Shown here one piece after another: positions 30,143 to 38,609 of a DNA stretch of 64,000 nucleotides. Source of the DNA: Myxococcota bacterium (GTDB taxonomy: Bacteria > Myxococcota_A > UBA9042 > PHBI01 > JAWLBL01); NCBI GenBank assembly GCA_041687695.1, contig JAWLBL010000006.1, positions 160,001 to 224,000 on the forward strand. The letters are read 5' to 3'. The notes under the pieces were generated by a model that ran no database searches, had not been told where the DNA came from, and was given only the letters and a program-made list of their open reading frames with translations. Each line of letters begins with the position of its first letter. The stretch's first letter is position 1. The position numbers were made by a program, and so were the translations under genes.

Positions 30143-30392
30143 CCCTGGGATCGCCGGCTTCCAGCGGCTGCCGCAAGAGGCGAACTGGAGTGCGCGAGCT
30201 TGCTCGCGCCCCGACACCGGCGGCTTGCCGCCGGGGCCTGGCCGCCGTCCCGGCGCAGCAAGCTGCGCCGGATCGGGGCTCCACCAAGTTGGAGCACTCC
30301 GGGTCCCTTCACGTCACTCGCTTCCAGCCGGCCCGCGCCTGCCTCGCTGGTCGCATCCGCCCCCCTGGGATCGCCGGCTTCCAGCCGGCCCG
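30143..30392. repeat. Cluster of REP-like palindromes of two families
   Basis: CCCTGGGATCGCCGGCTTCCAGC at 30143 and 30363, partial copy near 30320; four short hairpins with TT/AA loops at 30192, 30217, 30250, 30278 bounded by GGAGT...ACTCC. Confidence 0.8.
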
Positions 30393-30450
30393 CGCTGCCG
30401 CCTAGCCCGGCCCGCGCCGCCCCGTCCGCCGCCGTGGTAACGTCCCGGCC

Positions 30451-31764
30451 ATGCCTCGCCCACGCCTCCGCCTGATGGCCCTCACGGCCCTGGCCGCCGC
30501 GGCCCTGACCGCCTGTGGCGCGACCTGCCGCGAGATCGCGCGCGACCGCCAGGCCTTCCTGGCCCGCCGGGCCGCGCCCACGACCGCGCCCCACGCCCAG
30601 CTGATCATCCCCTTCCCGCTGGCCGACCGGCTGCTCACCCGTCGCGCCGCCGCCGTCCCACCCGCCTCGCTGGACCTCACCCCGCTCGCGCTGCTCGGCC
30701 TGCCGGTCGGCGTCGCCTCGGTCCGCCTCGCCTCCGTGCGCCTCGCCCCAGCACCCGACGGCCAGATCGGGTTCGAGCTGACCGTCTCGGTCGCCAGCGA
30801 CGCCCGCCCTCTGGCCCAGCTCGCCGCCGTCGCCCACGTCGCGCCGTCCTACGATCCCGTCAGCGGCGCCTTCCAGGTCCGCCTGCGCCCGGTCGACCTC
30901 CGCCGCCTCGAGCCGCGCCTGGTCGGCGACGGCCGCGACGCGGTGGCCGACTGGCTGCTCTCGATGCTCCCGCCGGCCGCGCGCCTGGTGGTCTCGCGCG
31001 GCCAGGTCGGCCAGCTGGCTTCGGATCTGTTGGCGTTCATCGCCTCCAACGCCTGGGATCTGCTGCGCGACGGCGCCTTGACCGACATCGGCCCGCTGAC
31101 CGAGCTGACCTTCGCCTTGCCCGGGCTCCCCGTCACCGGGCTGCGCGGCCGCACCTTGCAGCCCGACGCTGCGGCGCCCGCGCTGGCCCTGGACCTCACG
31201 ACCCCGCTGCCGGTCGCCACCGGCCTCGCCGCCCCGCCGCCACCGCTTCGCTCGCTCGACCTCCTCCAGGTCCGCATCGCCGGCGACACCCTGGCCGAGC
31301 TGGTCAACACCCGCATGGTCGCGGGCGAGCTGCCCGCGCGCTTCCGAGGCGACGGCCGCCCCGATCCCCAGGGCCTCTACGAGGCGGCGCTGGCCTGGGC
31401 GTCGGGCGCCGCCCGCCCGACCCGCCTCGTCCTGTGGCGCACGTCCGGCGAGTGCCTGCGCGCCACCCTGGCCGGCGCCCCCCGCGTCGCGCTCAGGGGC
31501 GACGCGCTGCAGGTCGCCGTCGAGGACGTCCGCCTCGAGGCCATCGAAGGCGCCACCCTGACCACGGCCTGGGCTTGGCTCCGCACCCTGTGGACCGACG
31601 CGCTGACCCTCGGTGGCGCCATCGCCGCCTCGGCCACCTTCGACCTGGGCGACGACCGCCTCGTGACCCGCGTCGTGGCGGCCGAGGTCACGTCCGAGGC
31701 CCTGTCCCTGTCGCTCGAGGTGCGCTCTGCGCCCTCGAACGTGACGCCCCCGCGCCCGCCGTGA
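30451..31764 (+). CDS. Hypothetical lipoprotein
   Basis: ALTAC lipobox; long GC3-biased ORF; beta-rich pattern. Confidence 0.65.
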   Translation: MPRPRLRLMALTALAAAALTACGATCREIARDRQAFLARRAAPTTAPHAQLIIPFPLADRLLTRRAAAVPPASLDLTPLALLGLPVGVASVRLASVRLAPAPDGQIGFELTVSVASDARPLAQLAAVAHVAPSYDPVSGAFQVRLRPVDLRRLEPRLVGDGRDAVADWLLSMLPPAARLVVSRGQVGQLASDLLAFIASNAWDLLRDGALTDIGPLTELTFALPGLPVTGLRGRTLQPDAAAPALALDLTTPLPVATGLAAPPPPLRSLDLLQVRIAGDTLAELVNTRMVAGELPARFRGDGRPDPQGLYEAALAWASGAARPTRLVLWRTSGECLRATLAGAPRVALRGDALQVAVEDVRLEAIEGATLTTAWAWLRTLWTDALTLGGAIAASATFDLGDDRLVTRVVAAEVTSEALSLSLEVRSAPSNVTPPRPP

Positions 31765-31935
31765 GATCACGGAAGGCGCGGTCGCCCCAACCCGGGGCCT
31801 CCGCGTCCCTTGCCCACCTTGCGCCCGGGCTTATCCCTCCCGAGGTCTCCCGCAACCCGCGCCCCTGGCCCCGCGCCCGGCCCTCGCCCGAGGGCCCCGG
31901 CCCGAGCCGCCCCGGCGTGGTGCCATGGAGGAGCG

Positions 31936-33510
31936 ATGCTCAGGCTGGAACAGGCGACCCGCCCGGACGATCTGGCGCGCTTCGAAGCGCGGGCGCGCGC
32001 CGTCGCCACGGCCCCGGACCCCCGCCCCGGCGCGACGGCGCCCTTCTGGTCCCTCGAGGCCAAGGTCGCCGGCGCCCCGGTGACCCTCGTCTTCGAGGAC
32101 GGCGTCCTCGCGGCGGCGACCCACGGCCGCTCGGGCGGCCCGCCCCGCGACGTCACCGAGCACGTCCGCGCCATCCGCTCGGCCCCCATTCGCCTCGCCA
32201 GCGATCGCCGCCCGGTCCCGCGGGTGCTGGTCGTGCACGCGACCGCGACCCTGCGGGCCACGGCCTTCGCTCGCCTCCGCCGGGGCCTGCAGAGCGCGGG
32301 CCGCGAAGGCGCCCGCACGATCGCCGAGGCGGCCGCCGAGGCGATGGCCCTGCGCGACTCGGCCCAGGTCGCCTGCTGGCCGCTCGACCTGGTCGCCCAC
32401 GACGTCGCCCCGGCGGGCGACGGCCTGGCGGGCCTGTCGCGCCAGCCGGAGGTGCGCGAGGCCCTGGTCGACTGGGGGTTCTGCGTCGTCGACGCCCTGG
32501 GCGAGGCGGACGACCTGCCCGGTGTGCTGGCGGTCATCGAGACCGTCACTGCCGTCCGGGACGAGCTCCCGTGGGAGCTCGACGGCGTCGTCATCAAGCG
32601 GGCGGCCCTGGACGCACGCGGCGCCGATCGGCCCGCGTCGGCCACCGCCGAGCCGGTCTCCTGGGCGGCCTCGGTCCCGGTCGAGCCGCGCCGCGCGCTG
32701 ACCCGGGTCGTCGATCTGGGCTGCGCGATCGATCGCTTCGGCGGCCTGCGGCTCGTGGCGACCCTGCGTCCCGTAGCGCCGGAAGGAGAGGCCGAGGTCA
32801 CCTGCGCCCTGGTGCCGGACGCGCGGTGCGCCCCCGAGCTGGCCGACCTGCGCGTCGGCGACCGCGTCCGCGTCGCCCCCGCCCCCGACGAGCCCGGCCT
32901 GCTGACCGTCGGCGAGCTGTCCCCGGCGAGCGAGTCGCTGCGCGGCGAGCCGTTCACCTGGCCGACCACCTGCCCCTCGTGCGGGCTCGAGCTGGCCGGC
33001 GCCCGCCGCCGCCGCTACTGCCCCAACCGCCATGGCTGCGCCGAGCAGGTCCACGCGCGCCTGCGGCACTTCGTCGCGGCCGCCGCCGACGGCGAGGCCG
33101 CCGAGCGCCTCGCGCGCTGGGTCGAGGGTGGCCTCGTCCACGCCCCCGAGGACCTCCTCCGGCTGACGACCGCCGACCTCGCCGACGCCGATCCGCTCGC
33201 CGCCCCGGGCCGCGACGGCCCGGCCCCCAACCTGTACCAGGCGCTGCGCGGCGCCCACCCGCTGCCGCTCGAGCGCCTCCTGTTCGCCCTCAGCGTCCCC
33301 GGCCTCGACCCGGCCGCCGCGCGCGCGCTCGCCGCCCACTTCGGCGACCTCGAGCGCCTCGCCTCCGCCGCCCCCGACGACCTGCAGGCCCGCGGCGACC
33401 TCGGCCCCGCCGGCGTGGCCGCCCTCCGGGCCTACCTCGACGAGCCGCGCAACCGCGCCACCCTGCGCGCGCTCGCCGAGCTCGGCCTCGACGCCCCTCA
33501 CGTCCCCTGA
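31936..33510 (+). CDS. Degenerate NAD+-dependent DNA ligase (LigA) paralog lacking domain Ia and BRCT
   Basis: Colinear with LigA: MLRLEQA (MLSLDN), EAKVAG (KxDG), DVTEHVRAI, RDELPWELDGVVIK, LRVGDRV, PTTCPSCG...C...C, LERLLFAL.VPG...AARALAAHFG; GGAGGAG RBS. Confidence 0.85.
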   Translation: MLRLEQATRPDDLARFEARARAVATAPDPRPGATAPFWSLEAKVAGAPVTLVFEDGVLAAATHGRSGGPPRDVTEHVRAIRSAPIRLASDRRPVPRVLVVHATATLRATAFARLRRGLQSAGREGARTIAEAAAEAMALRDSAQVACWPLDLVAHDVAPAGDGLAGLSRQPEVREALVDWGFCVVDALGEADDLPGVLAVIETVTAVRDELPWELDGVVIKRAALDARGADRPASATAEPVSWAASVPVEPRRALTRVVDLGCAIDRFGGLRLVATLRPVAPEGEAEVTCALVPDARCAPELADLRVGDRVRVAPAPDEPGLLTVGELSPASESLRGEPFTWPTTCPSCGLELAGARRRRYCPNRHGCAEQVHARLRHFVAAAADGEAAERLARWVEGGLVHAPEDLLRLTTADLADADPLAAPGRDGPAPNLYQALRGAHPLPLERLLFALSVPGLDPAAARALAAHFGDLERLASAAPDDLQARGDLGPAGVAALRAYLDEPRNRATLRALAELGLDAPHVP

Positions 33511-33533
33511 CCCCACGCACAGGACCATCCGCC

Positions 33534-34226
33534 ATGCCCCGCGGCAGCAACATCGTCGAGCGCCCCGATCTGCGGGGCCGAACCCGCGTCTTCCGCAGCC
33601 GCGCCGCCGCCGGCGAGCTGCTGGCGGCCATGCTGCGCAGCTACCGCGAGGACGACGCGATCATCCTCACCGCCGACTGCGGCGGGGCCGCCGTCGCCGC
33701 GCCCATGGCCCGCGAGCTGAACCTGCCCGTCAGCGCCGCGCCCGCGGTGCCCGTCCGGGCCCCCTCCGACGGCGCGATCCTGGGCGCCGTCGCCTGGGAC
33801 GGGACCGTGCTGCTCGACGACGACGCGACGCGGCGCCAGCAGCTGCTCGAGTCGCAGCTCGAGCAGGTCGTCGCGCGCGCCAGGCAGGCCGCTGCCCAGG
33901 CACGCGCCGCGCTGGCGGGCGAGCACCCGATGCCCGACCTGATGCGCCGGACCGTCGTCCTGGTCGACGACGGCCTGGCCTCGGACGTCGTGCTGCGCGC
34001 CGCCCTGCAGGCCCTGGCCGCCGCCGAGGCCGCGCGGGTCCTGGTCGCGGTGCCGACCGCCCCCTCCGAGGCCGCCGCCCGCGTCGCCGAGCAGGCCTTC
34101 GCCGTCTACTGCCCGAACCTGCGCGACGGCGGCGCGTTCTCCGTCGCCGAAGCCTACGAAGAGTGGGCCGAGCTGACGCCGGAGGCGGCGCGAGAGCTCA
34201 TCGCGCCGTTCCTGCCGCCGGCCTGA
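33534..34226 (+). CDS. Phosphoribosyltransferase-fold protein with degenerate PRPP loop
   Basis: FRSRAAAGELLA, GAVAWDG, VVLVDDGLASDVV, VLVAVPT, FSVAEAY. Confidence 0.85.
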   Translation: MPRGSNIVERPDLRGRTRVFRSRAAAGELLAAMLRSYREDDAIILTADCGGAAVAAPMARELNLPVSAAPAVPVRAPSDGAILGAVAWDGTVLLDDDATRRQQLLESQLEQVVARARQAAAQARAALAGEHPMPDLMRRTVVLVDDGLASDVVLRAALQALAAAEAARVLVAVPTAPSEAAARVAEQAFAVYCPNLRDGGAFSVAEAYEEWAELTPEAARELIAPFLPPA

Positions 34227-34253
34227 GCGCGCCCGCCGCCGCCTTCGGTAGGA

Positions 34254-34916
34254 CTACCAGGGCAGCTCCTCGCCGTTGGCGTGCCAGAACGTGCCCGAGT
34301 TGTCGGGTCCGAGGGCGTCGATGCGCGCGATCAGCATCTCGGCCGCCTCGGCGGGGCCGACGTTGCCGCTGCCGCCGGTCATGTCGGTCTTGACGAAGCC
34401 GGGGTGCAGGATGGCGACCGCGACGGCGCGGCGCGCGAGATCGAGCGCGAGCGACTTGCCGGCCATGTTCACGGCCGCCTTGGACATGCGGTAGCCGTAC
34501 ATCCCGCCGGACGTGTTGTCGGCGATGGAGCCCATGCGGCTGGTGATGATGGCGACCTTGCCGCCGCGCGCGAGGCGGTCGGCCAGCGCAGCCGTGACGC
34601 GCAGCGGCCCGAGGGCGTTGACCTCGAGCTGCTGGCGGATCGAGTCGAAGTCCAGCTGGTCCAGGGTCTCGCGCCGCAGGAGGCCGGCGTTGTTGATCAG
34701 CAGATCGAGGCTGACGTCCGACAGGCGCCGCGCGAGATCGGCGACGCTCGCGTCCGAGGCGACGTCGACGTCGCGCTCGATGCGCACGCCGAGGGCCTCG
34801 AGCTCGGGCGAGGCGTGACGGCAGACGGCGATGACGGCGTCGCCGCGGGCGGCGAGCTGGCGACACAGCTCGAGGCCGATGCCGCGGTTGGCTCCTGTGA
34901 CGAGGGCGGTGGCCAT
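34254..34916 (-). CDS. SDR oxidoreductase (CsgA/C-factor-like subfamily)
   Basis: TGANRGIG, NNAG, ITSRMGSIADN, YRMSKAA, HPGFVKTDM; AAGGAG RBS. Confidence 0.92.
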   Translation of the reverse strand: MATALVTGANRGIGLELCRQLAARGDAVIAVCRHASPELEALGVRIERDVDVASDASVADLARRLSDVSLDLLINNAGLLRRETLDQLDFDSIRQQLEVNALGPLRVTAALADRLARGGKVAIITSRMGSIADNTSGGMYGYRMSKAAVNMAGKSLALDLARRAVAVAILHPGFVKTDMTGGSGNVGPAEAAEMLIARIDALGPDNSGTFWHANGEELPW

Positions 34917-35168
34917 CGGGCGCTCCTTGGGCGAGGGCTGGCGCGATGAATGGACGCGCGGGGTGACGCGCGGGGTGACGCGCGGGTCGGGACTGCGATG
35001 AGGCCGCGGACGGTAGCCAAGGCGGCCGGGCCCGACAATCCCCCGGCCGTCGGACGACCGTCGAACGTCGACGACTACTCGCTTGCCGCCATGACGTCCC
35101 GTGCCAAAGGCGAGAGCCTTCGATCGTGACCCCTTGCCGGAGCGCCGTTCTCGGGAGCCGCCACGGGC

Positions 35169-35573
35169 CTGCGCATCCTCTGCGTCGAAGACGATCCAAC
35201 CTGCGTGAAGCCATCGTCTACCTTCTCGAGGACGAGGGGTACGACGTCACCGCCGTCCCGACGGCCGAGGACGGGCTCGCCCAGCTGAAGCGCGGCGGCT
35301 TCCACCTGCTGCTGACGGACCAGCGGGAAGAAGTCGGCGAGTTCTGCCATCGGCGGCCCGATCGACGTGGCGCGCACCGCGCCGTACCTGCTGACCGTCT
35401 CCGACGTCATCCTCAGCCTCGATCAGGTCTACGGCGACGACGGCCGCGCCGAGCGCGTCATGCGGGTCGTGAAGATGCGCGGCTCCGGCCACGACACCCG
35501 CGCCCACCGGTTCGTCATCGGCCAGGGCGGCATCGTGCTCGAGGGCCCCGAGGCCACGGCCGGGGCGTCCTGA
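35169..35573 (+). pseudogene. Frameshifted receiver-domain fragment joined to a KaiC/RecA-like ATPase C-terminal fragment
   Basis: LRILCVEDD (one frame), then NLREAIVYLLEDEGYDVTAV...LLLTD (second frame), then SDVILSL...RVMRVVKMRGSGHD...FVIG.GGIV (back in the first frame). Confidence 0.7.
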
Positions 35574-35687
35574 CGGCTCTGGGCGCGTCGGTTCTGCGCC
35601 TCAGGCTTTGCCTGAGCGCCGGGCGACGTATCTTTCGCGGTGGTGGTCCGCGCGTCGGGCCGCGCCCGACGCCTGCGAGAGGTGACG

Positions 35688-36413
35688 ATGCCCGAGCTCT
35701 CTCATCAGTCGCTGCTGGACGCGCTCGGCAAGCGCTACGACTCGGCGTCCGCCCGGGTCGTGCTGGCCGAGCTGCTCGAGACGACGCGCCTCGAGGCGCG
35801 TGACCGCTACACCGAGGACGAGGTCGAGCGGCTGTGCCGCGCGCTCGAGCGGGTGGACCGCCGCGCGACCCGCGCCGTCGCGGCGCTGCGCCATGGGCTG
35901 TCGTGGCAGACGCGCGAGGCGCCGACGCCAGCGGCGGTCGAGGCCGCGCCGTTTCCGGGCGGCGGGCCGGACGATCTGCCCGAGCCCGAGCCCGCGCCCG
36001 ATCTGCCCTTCCCGAACCCCGATCCGCTGCCCGACGAGGGGGTCCCAGGGCCCGAGCCGGAGCCGGACCTTCCCTTCCCGGAGCCCGAGCCCGAGCCGGA
36101 CACGCCCGTGCCGACGCCGCCCGCGGTCCGCTTCGTGGTCCACGACGTCCACACCGAGCCTGGCCAGGCGGTCTTCTTGTGCGGCGATCACGCGGCGCTC
36201 GGCGCCTGGGACCCGCAGGGGGCGGTGCTGCTCGACCCGACGGACTACCCCAGCTGGAGCAAGCGCCTCGAGCTGGCGCCGGGCACGGCGCTGTCGTTCA
36301 AGTTCGGCGTCCGTGACGACGCGGGCGGCGTGCGCTGGCAGCCCGGCGACAACCACGTGGTCGTCGTCCCGCCCGACGGCGAGGCGGTGCACGAGGTGCG
36401 CTGGGAGGGCTGA
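35688..36413 (+). CDS. Protein with small helical N-domain, Pro/Glu linker and C-terminal CBM20
   Basis: TEPGQAVFLCGDHAALGAWD...YPSW...FKF...RWQPGDN; GAGGT RBS. Confidence 0.82.
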   Translation: MPELSHQSLLDALGKRYDSASARVVLAELLETTRLEARDRYTEDEVERLCRALERVDRRATRAVAALRHGLSWQTREAPTPAAVEAAPFPGGGPDDLPEPEPAPDLPFPNPDPLPDEGVPGPEPEPDLPFPEPEPEPDTPVPTPPAVRFVVHDVHTEPGQAVFLCGDHAALGAWDPQGAVLLDPTDYPSWSKRLELAPGTALSFKFGVRDDAGGVRWQPGDNHVVVVPPDGEAVHEVRWEG

Positions 36414-36422
36414 GCGTGCGGC

Positions 36423-37346
36423 CTATTCCGTCGCGGGCGTCGCGGGCGTCGCGGGCGTGGGTCGGGCCCGGACCGCGCCGCCGGAGACGCGGTCCTCGGC
36501 CAGCATGACGAAGCTGAAGTGGCCTGGGTTCTCCTCGGCGCACGAGACGCGGTCGAGCAGATCCGACGTGTCCATCGAGATGAGGCGGTAGTCGCCCTCG
36601 GGGCCGCCGACGACCGTCCAGGTGCCCGGGTTGATGAGGTCGATGTTGGGCCCGAGCTGGATGCGCAGCCGGCGGTGCTCGATGGTGGCGAGGCACAGGC
36701 TCGAGAGGCGGCGCACCTCGGTGTAGACCAGGCGCCGCGAGGGCCGCAGATCGATCTCGTAGGGCAGCTCCTCCATGGGCAGCCCGTAGCTCTCGGTGTC
36801 GGGCGGCCGCTCGGAGCCCGAGAAGACGGCGGCGATGAGCGGGCCTTCGAGCTCTCGGAAGACCAGGGCGTAGCCGTGGCGGTCGCCCTCGGGGCCGCCG
36901 ACGCGGCGCGGGTAGAAGCGCGCGTAGACCCGCTCGCCACGGCGCAGCGGCAGCTCGTAGCCGGCGTAGGTCGTGTAGTCGAGCGCGACCGGCGGGCCCG
37001 AGGGCAGGCTCAACAGCAGGCGCCGGTACCCCGCGAGCGGGGAGGGGCCGTGCTGGACCACCTGGACCTCGTACCCTTCGGTCAGGCCGCCGATGGGGCG
37101 GATGCGGACCTTGGGCCGAGGGTGTCCGATGGCGCGCACGGCGGCCGCGCGCGTCCCCGACCGCACCGCGCGCAGCGAGGGTGGTCGCTGGGCCTCGGCG
37201 GGCAGCGTGAACGACGGACCGCCGCAGCCCCAGGGCAGGGCGAGCCAGACGAGGAGCAGGCCCGCGAGCGCGGCGCGCAGCCGATGAGGCGGCGGCCGCA
37301 CGGCGCCGAGGGCCAGCTTCGAGCGCGTGACGCGAGACGCCGTCAT
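36423..37346 (-). CDS. Hypothetical (lipo)protein
   Basis: Hydrophobic signal ending PWGC; GC3-biased ORF; start uncertain. Confidence 0.65.
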   Translation of the reverse strand: MTASRVTRSKLALGAVRPPPHRLRAALAGLLLVWLALPWGCGGPSFTLPAEAQRPPSLRAVRSGTRAAAVRAIGHPRPKVRIRPIGGLTEGYEVQVVQHGPSPLAGYRRLLLSLPSGPPVALDYTTYAGYELPLRRGERVYARFYPRRVGGPEGDRHGYALVFRELEGPLIAAVFSGSERPPDTESYGLPMEELPYEIDLRPSRRLVYTEVRRLSSLCLATIEHRRLRIQLGPNIDLINPGTWTVVGGPEGDYRLISMDTSDLLDRVSCAEENPGHFSFVMLAEDRVSGGAVRARPTPATPATPATE

Positions 37347-37446
37347 GCCGCGAGGATGGCGCGGAGCGACGCCGCCAGCAAGCCCGAGACGGGCCGGCGA
37401 GGCGATGGTCGTCCGCGCGGCTTCACGGTCGCGACGTCCGCGCGGC

Positions 37447-37695
37447 TCAGGTCCTGTCGGCGATGATCTTCTGGGGATCGAGCCCCAGCTTCTTGCAGTA
37501 CGCGACGAATCCCAGCTTGTTGATGCTGCGGATGGCGCGCGTCGACAGCGTCATCGTGATGGTGCGGCCCTCTTCAGGAATGAAGATTCGCTTCTTCTGA
37601 AGGTTGGGCTGCTGGTGCTTCTTGGTCTTGTTGTGGGCGTGGGAGATGTTGTAACCCACGAGCCGGCGCTTGCCGGTCAACTCACAGACGCGCAT
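37447..37695 (-). CDS. rpmB: 50S ribosomal protein L28
   Basis: MRVCELTGK...NISHAHNKTK...PNLQKKRI...STRAIRSI; GAGGAGG RBS. Confidence 0.95.
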   Translation of the reverse strand: MRVCELTGKRRLVGYNISHAHNKTKKHQQPNLQKKRIFIPEEGRTITMTLSTRAIRSINKLGFVAYCKKLGLDPQKIIADRT

Positions 37696-37751
37696 GTGAC
37701 GTCCTCCTCACGAGGGGCGAGCCAAGTAACAGAGGGCGCCGAGGCCTGTCA

Positions 37752-38609
37752 ATGCTTTCGCACCGTAGCGACACCCACGCCGAGGGGCTCGAGGTCCTGG
37801 CCCTGCGGACCCCGACCCTGCCACCGGCCACGACGACGAACACGGCCCTGGTCGGCCGTCGTCAGCTGTGGGTGGTCGATCCCGCGACCCCGCACGCGGC
37901 CGAGCGCGAGACCCTGGCCACGGCCATCGCGGCGCGCCTGGACGCGGGCGCCGCGCTGGCGGGGCTGGTGCTGACCCACCACCACCGCGACCACGTCGGG
38001 GCGGCGGCCTTCCTGCGCGAGCGGTTCGGGGCGCCCGTCCTGGCGCACCCGCGCACGGCCGCGCTGCTCGAGGGCACGCTCGCGGTGGACCGCCCGGTGG
38101 TCGAGGGGGACGTTCTCGAGGGCTCCGCGGCCCCGGACGACCGCTGGCGCGTCCTGCACACGCCCGGGCACGCCTCGGGGCACGTCGTCCTGTGGGAGCC
38201 GACGCGCCGGCTGATGGTGGCGGGGGACATGGTGGCCGCCGTGGGCACCATCGTGGTCGAGCCGCCCGACGGGCACATGGGCACCTACGTGGCCCAGCTG
38301 CGGCGCCTCGCGGATCTCGCGCCGCGGCTGCTGGTCCCCGCTCACGGCGACGTGGTCGACGATCCGGTCGCGCTGCTCGAGCGCTACGTCGCGCACCGGC
38401 TGATGCGAGAGCGCCGCGTCGCCGAGGCGCTCGAGGCCGCGCCGGCCGAGCTGGCGACCGTGACGCGGCGCTCGTATCCGGACGTTCCGCCCGCGCTGCA
38501 CCCGCTGGCGGCCCGGTCGGCCCTGGCCCACCTCATCAAGCTGGCGGAGGAGGGGCGGGCGATCGAGGGGCCGGAGGGGGCGTGGCGAAGCGCGCCGGCA
38601 GCGCCGTGA
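37752..38609 (+). CDS. MBL-fold metallo-hydrolase (LACTB2-like)
   Basis: RTPTLPPAT.TN, THHHRDH, HTPGHA.GH, AGDM, PAHG, SALAHL.KL. Confidence 0.9.
   Translation: MLSHRSDTHAEGLEVLALRTPTLPPATTTNTALVGRRQLWVVDPATPHAAERETLATAIAARLDAGAALAGLVLTHHHRDHVGAAAFLRERFGAPVLAHPRTAALLEGTLAVDRPVVEGDVLEGSAAPDDRWRVLHTPGHASGHVVLWEPTRRLMVAGDMVAAVGTIVVEPPDGHMGTYVAQLRRLADLAPRLLVPAHGDVVDDPVALLERYVAHRLMRERRVAEALEAAPAELATVTRRSYPDVPPALHPLAARSALAHLIKLAEEGRAIEGPEGAWRSAPAAP

Noticed and set aside
31936..33510. Calling this gene ligA or a simple pseudogene
   Set aside because: Key catalytic residues and domain Ia are missing, so not functional ligA; the ORF, RBS and codon bias are intact, so it is not demonstrably a pseudogene.
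34254..34916. Assigning csgA (C-signal)
   Set aside because: This SDR subfamily is widespread and orthology cannot be established by eye.
35091..35107. Sigma-54 promoter on the minus strand (TTGGCACG)
   Set aside because: The -12 position reads GTCAT, not TTGC.
36430..36458. 9-bp tandem repeat GTCGCGGGC x3
   Set aside because: Simply encodes a PAT-PAT-PAT tail; trivial.
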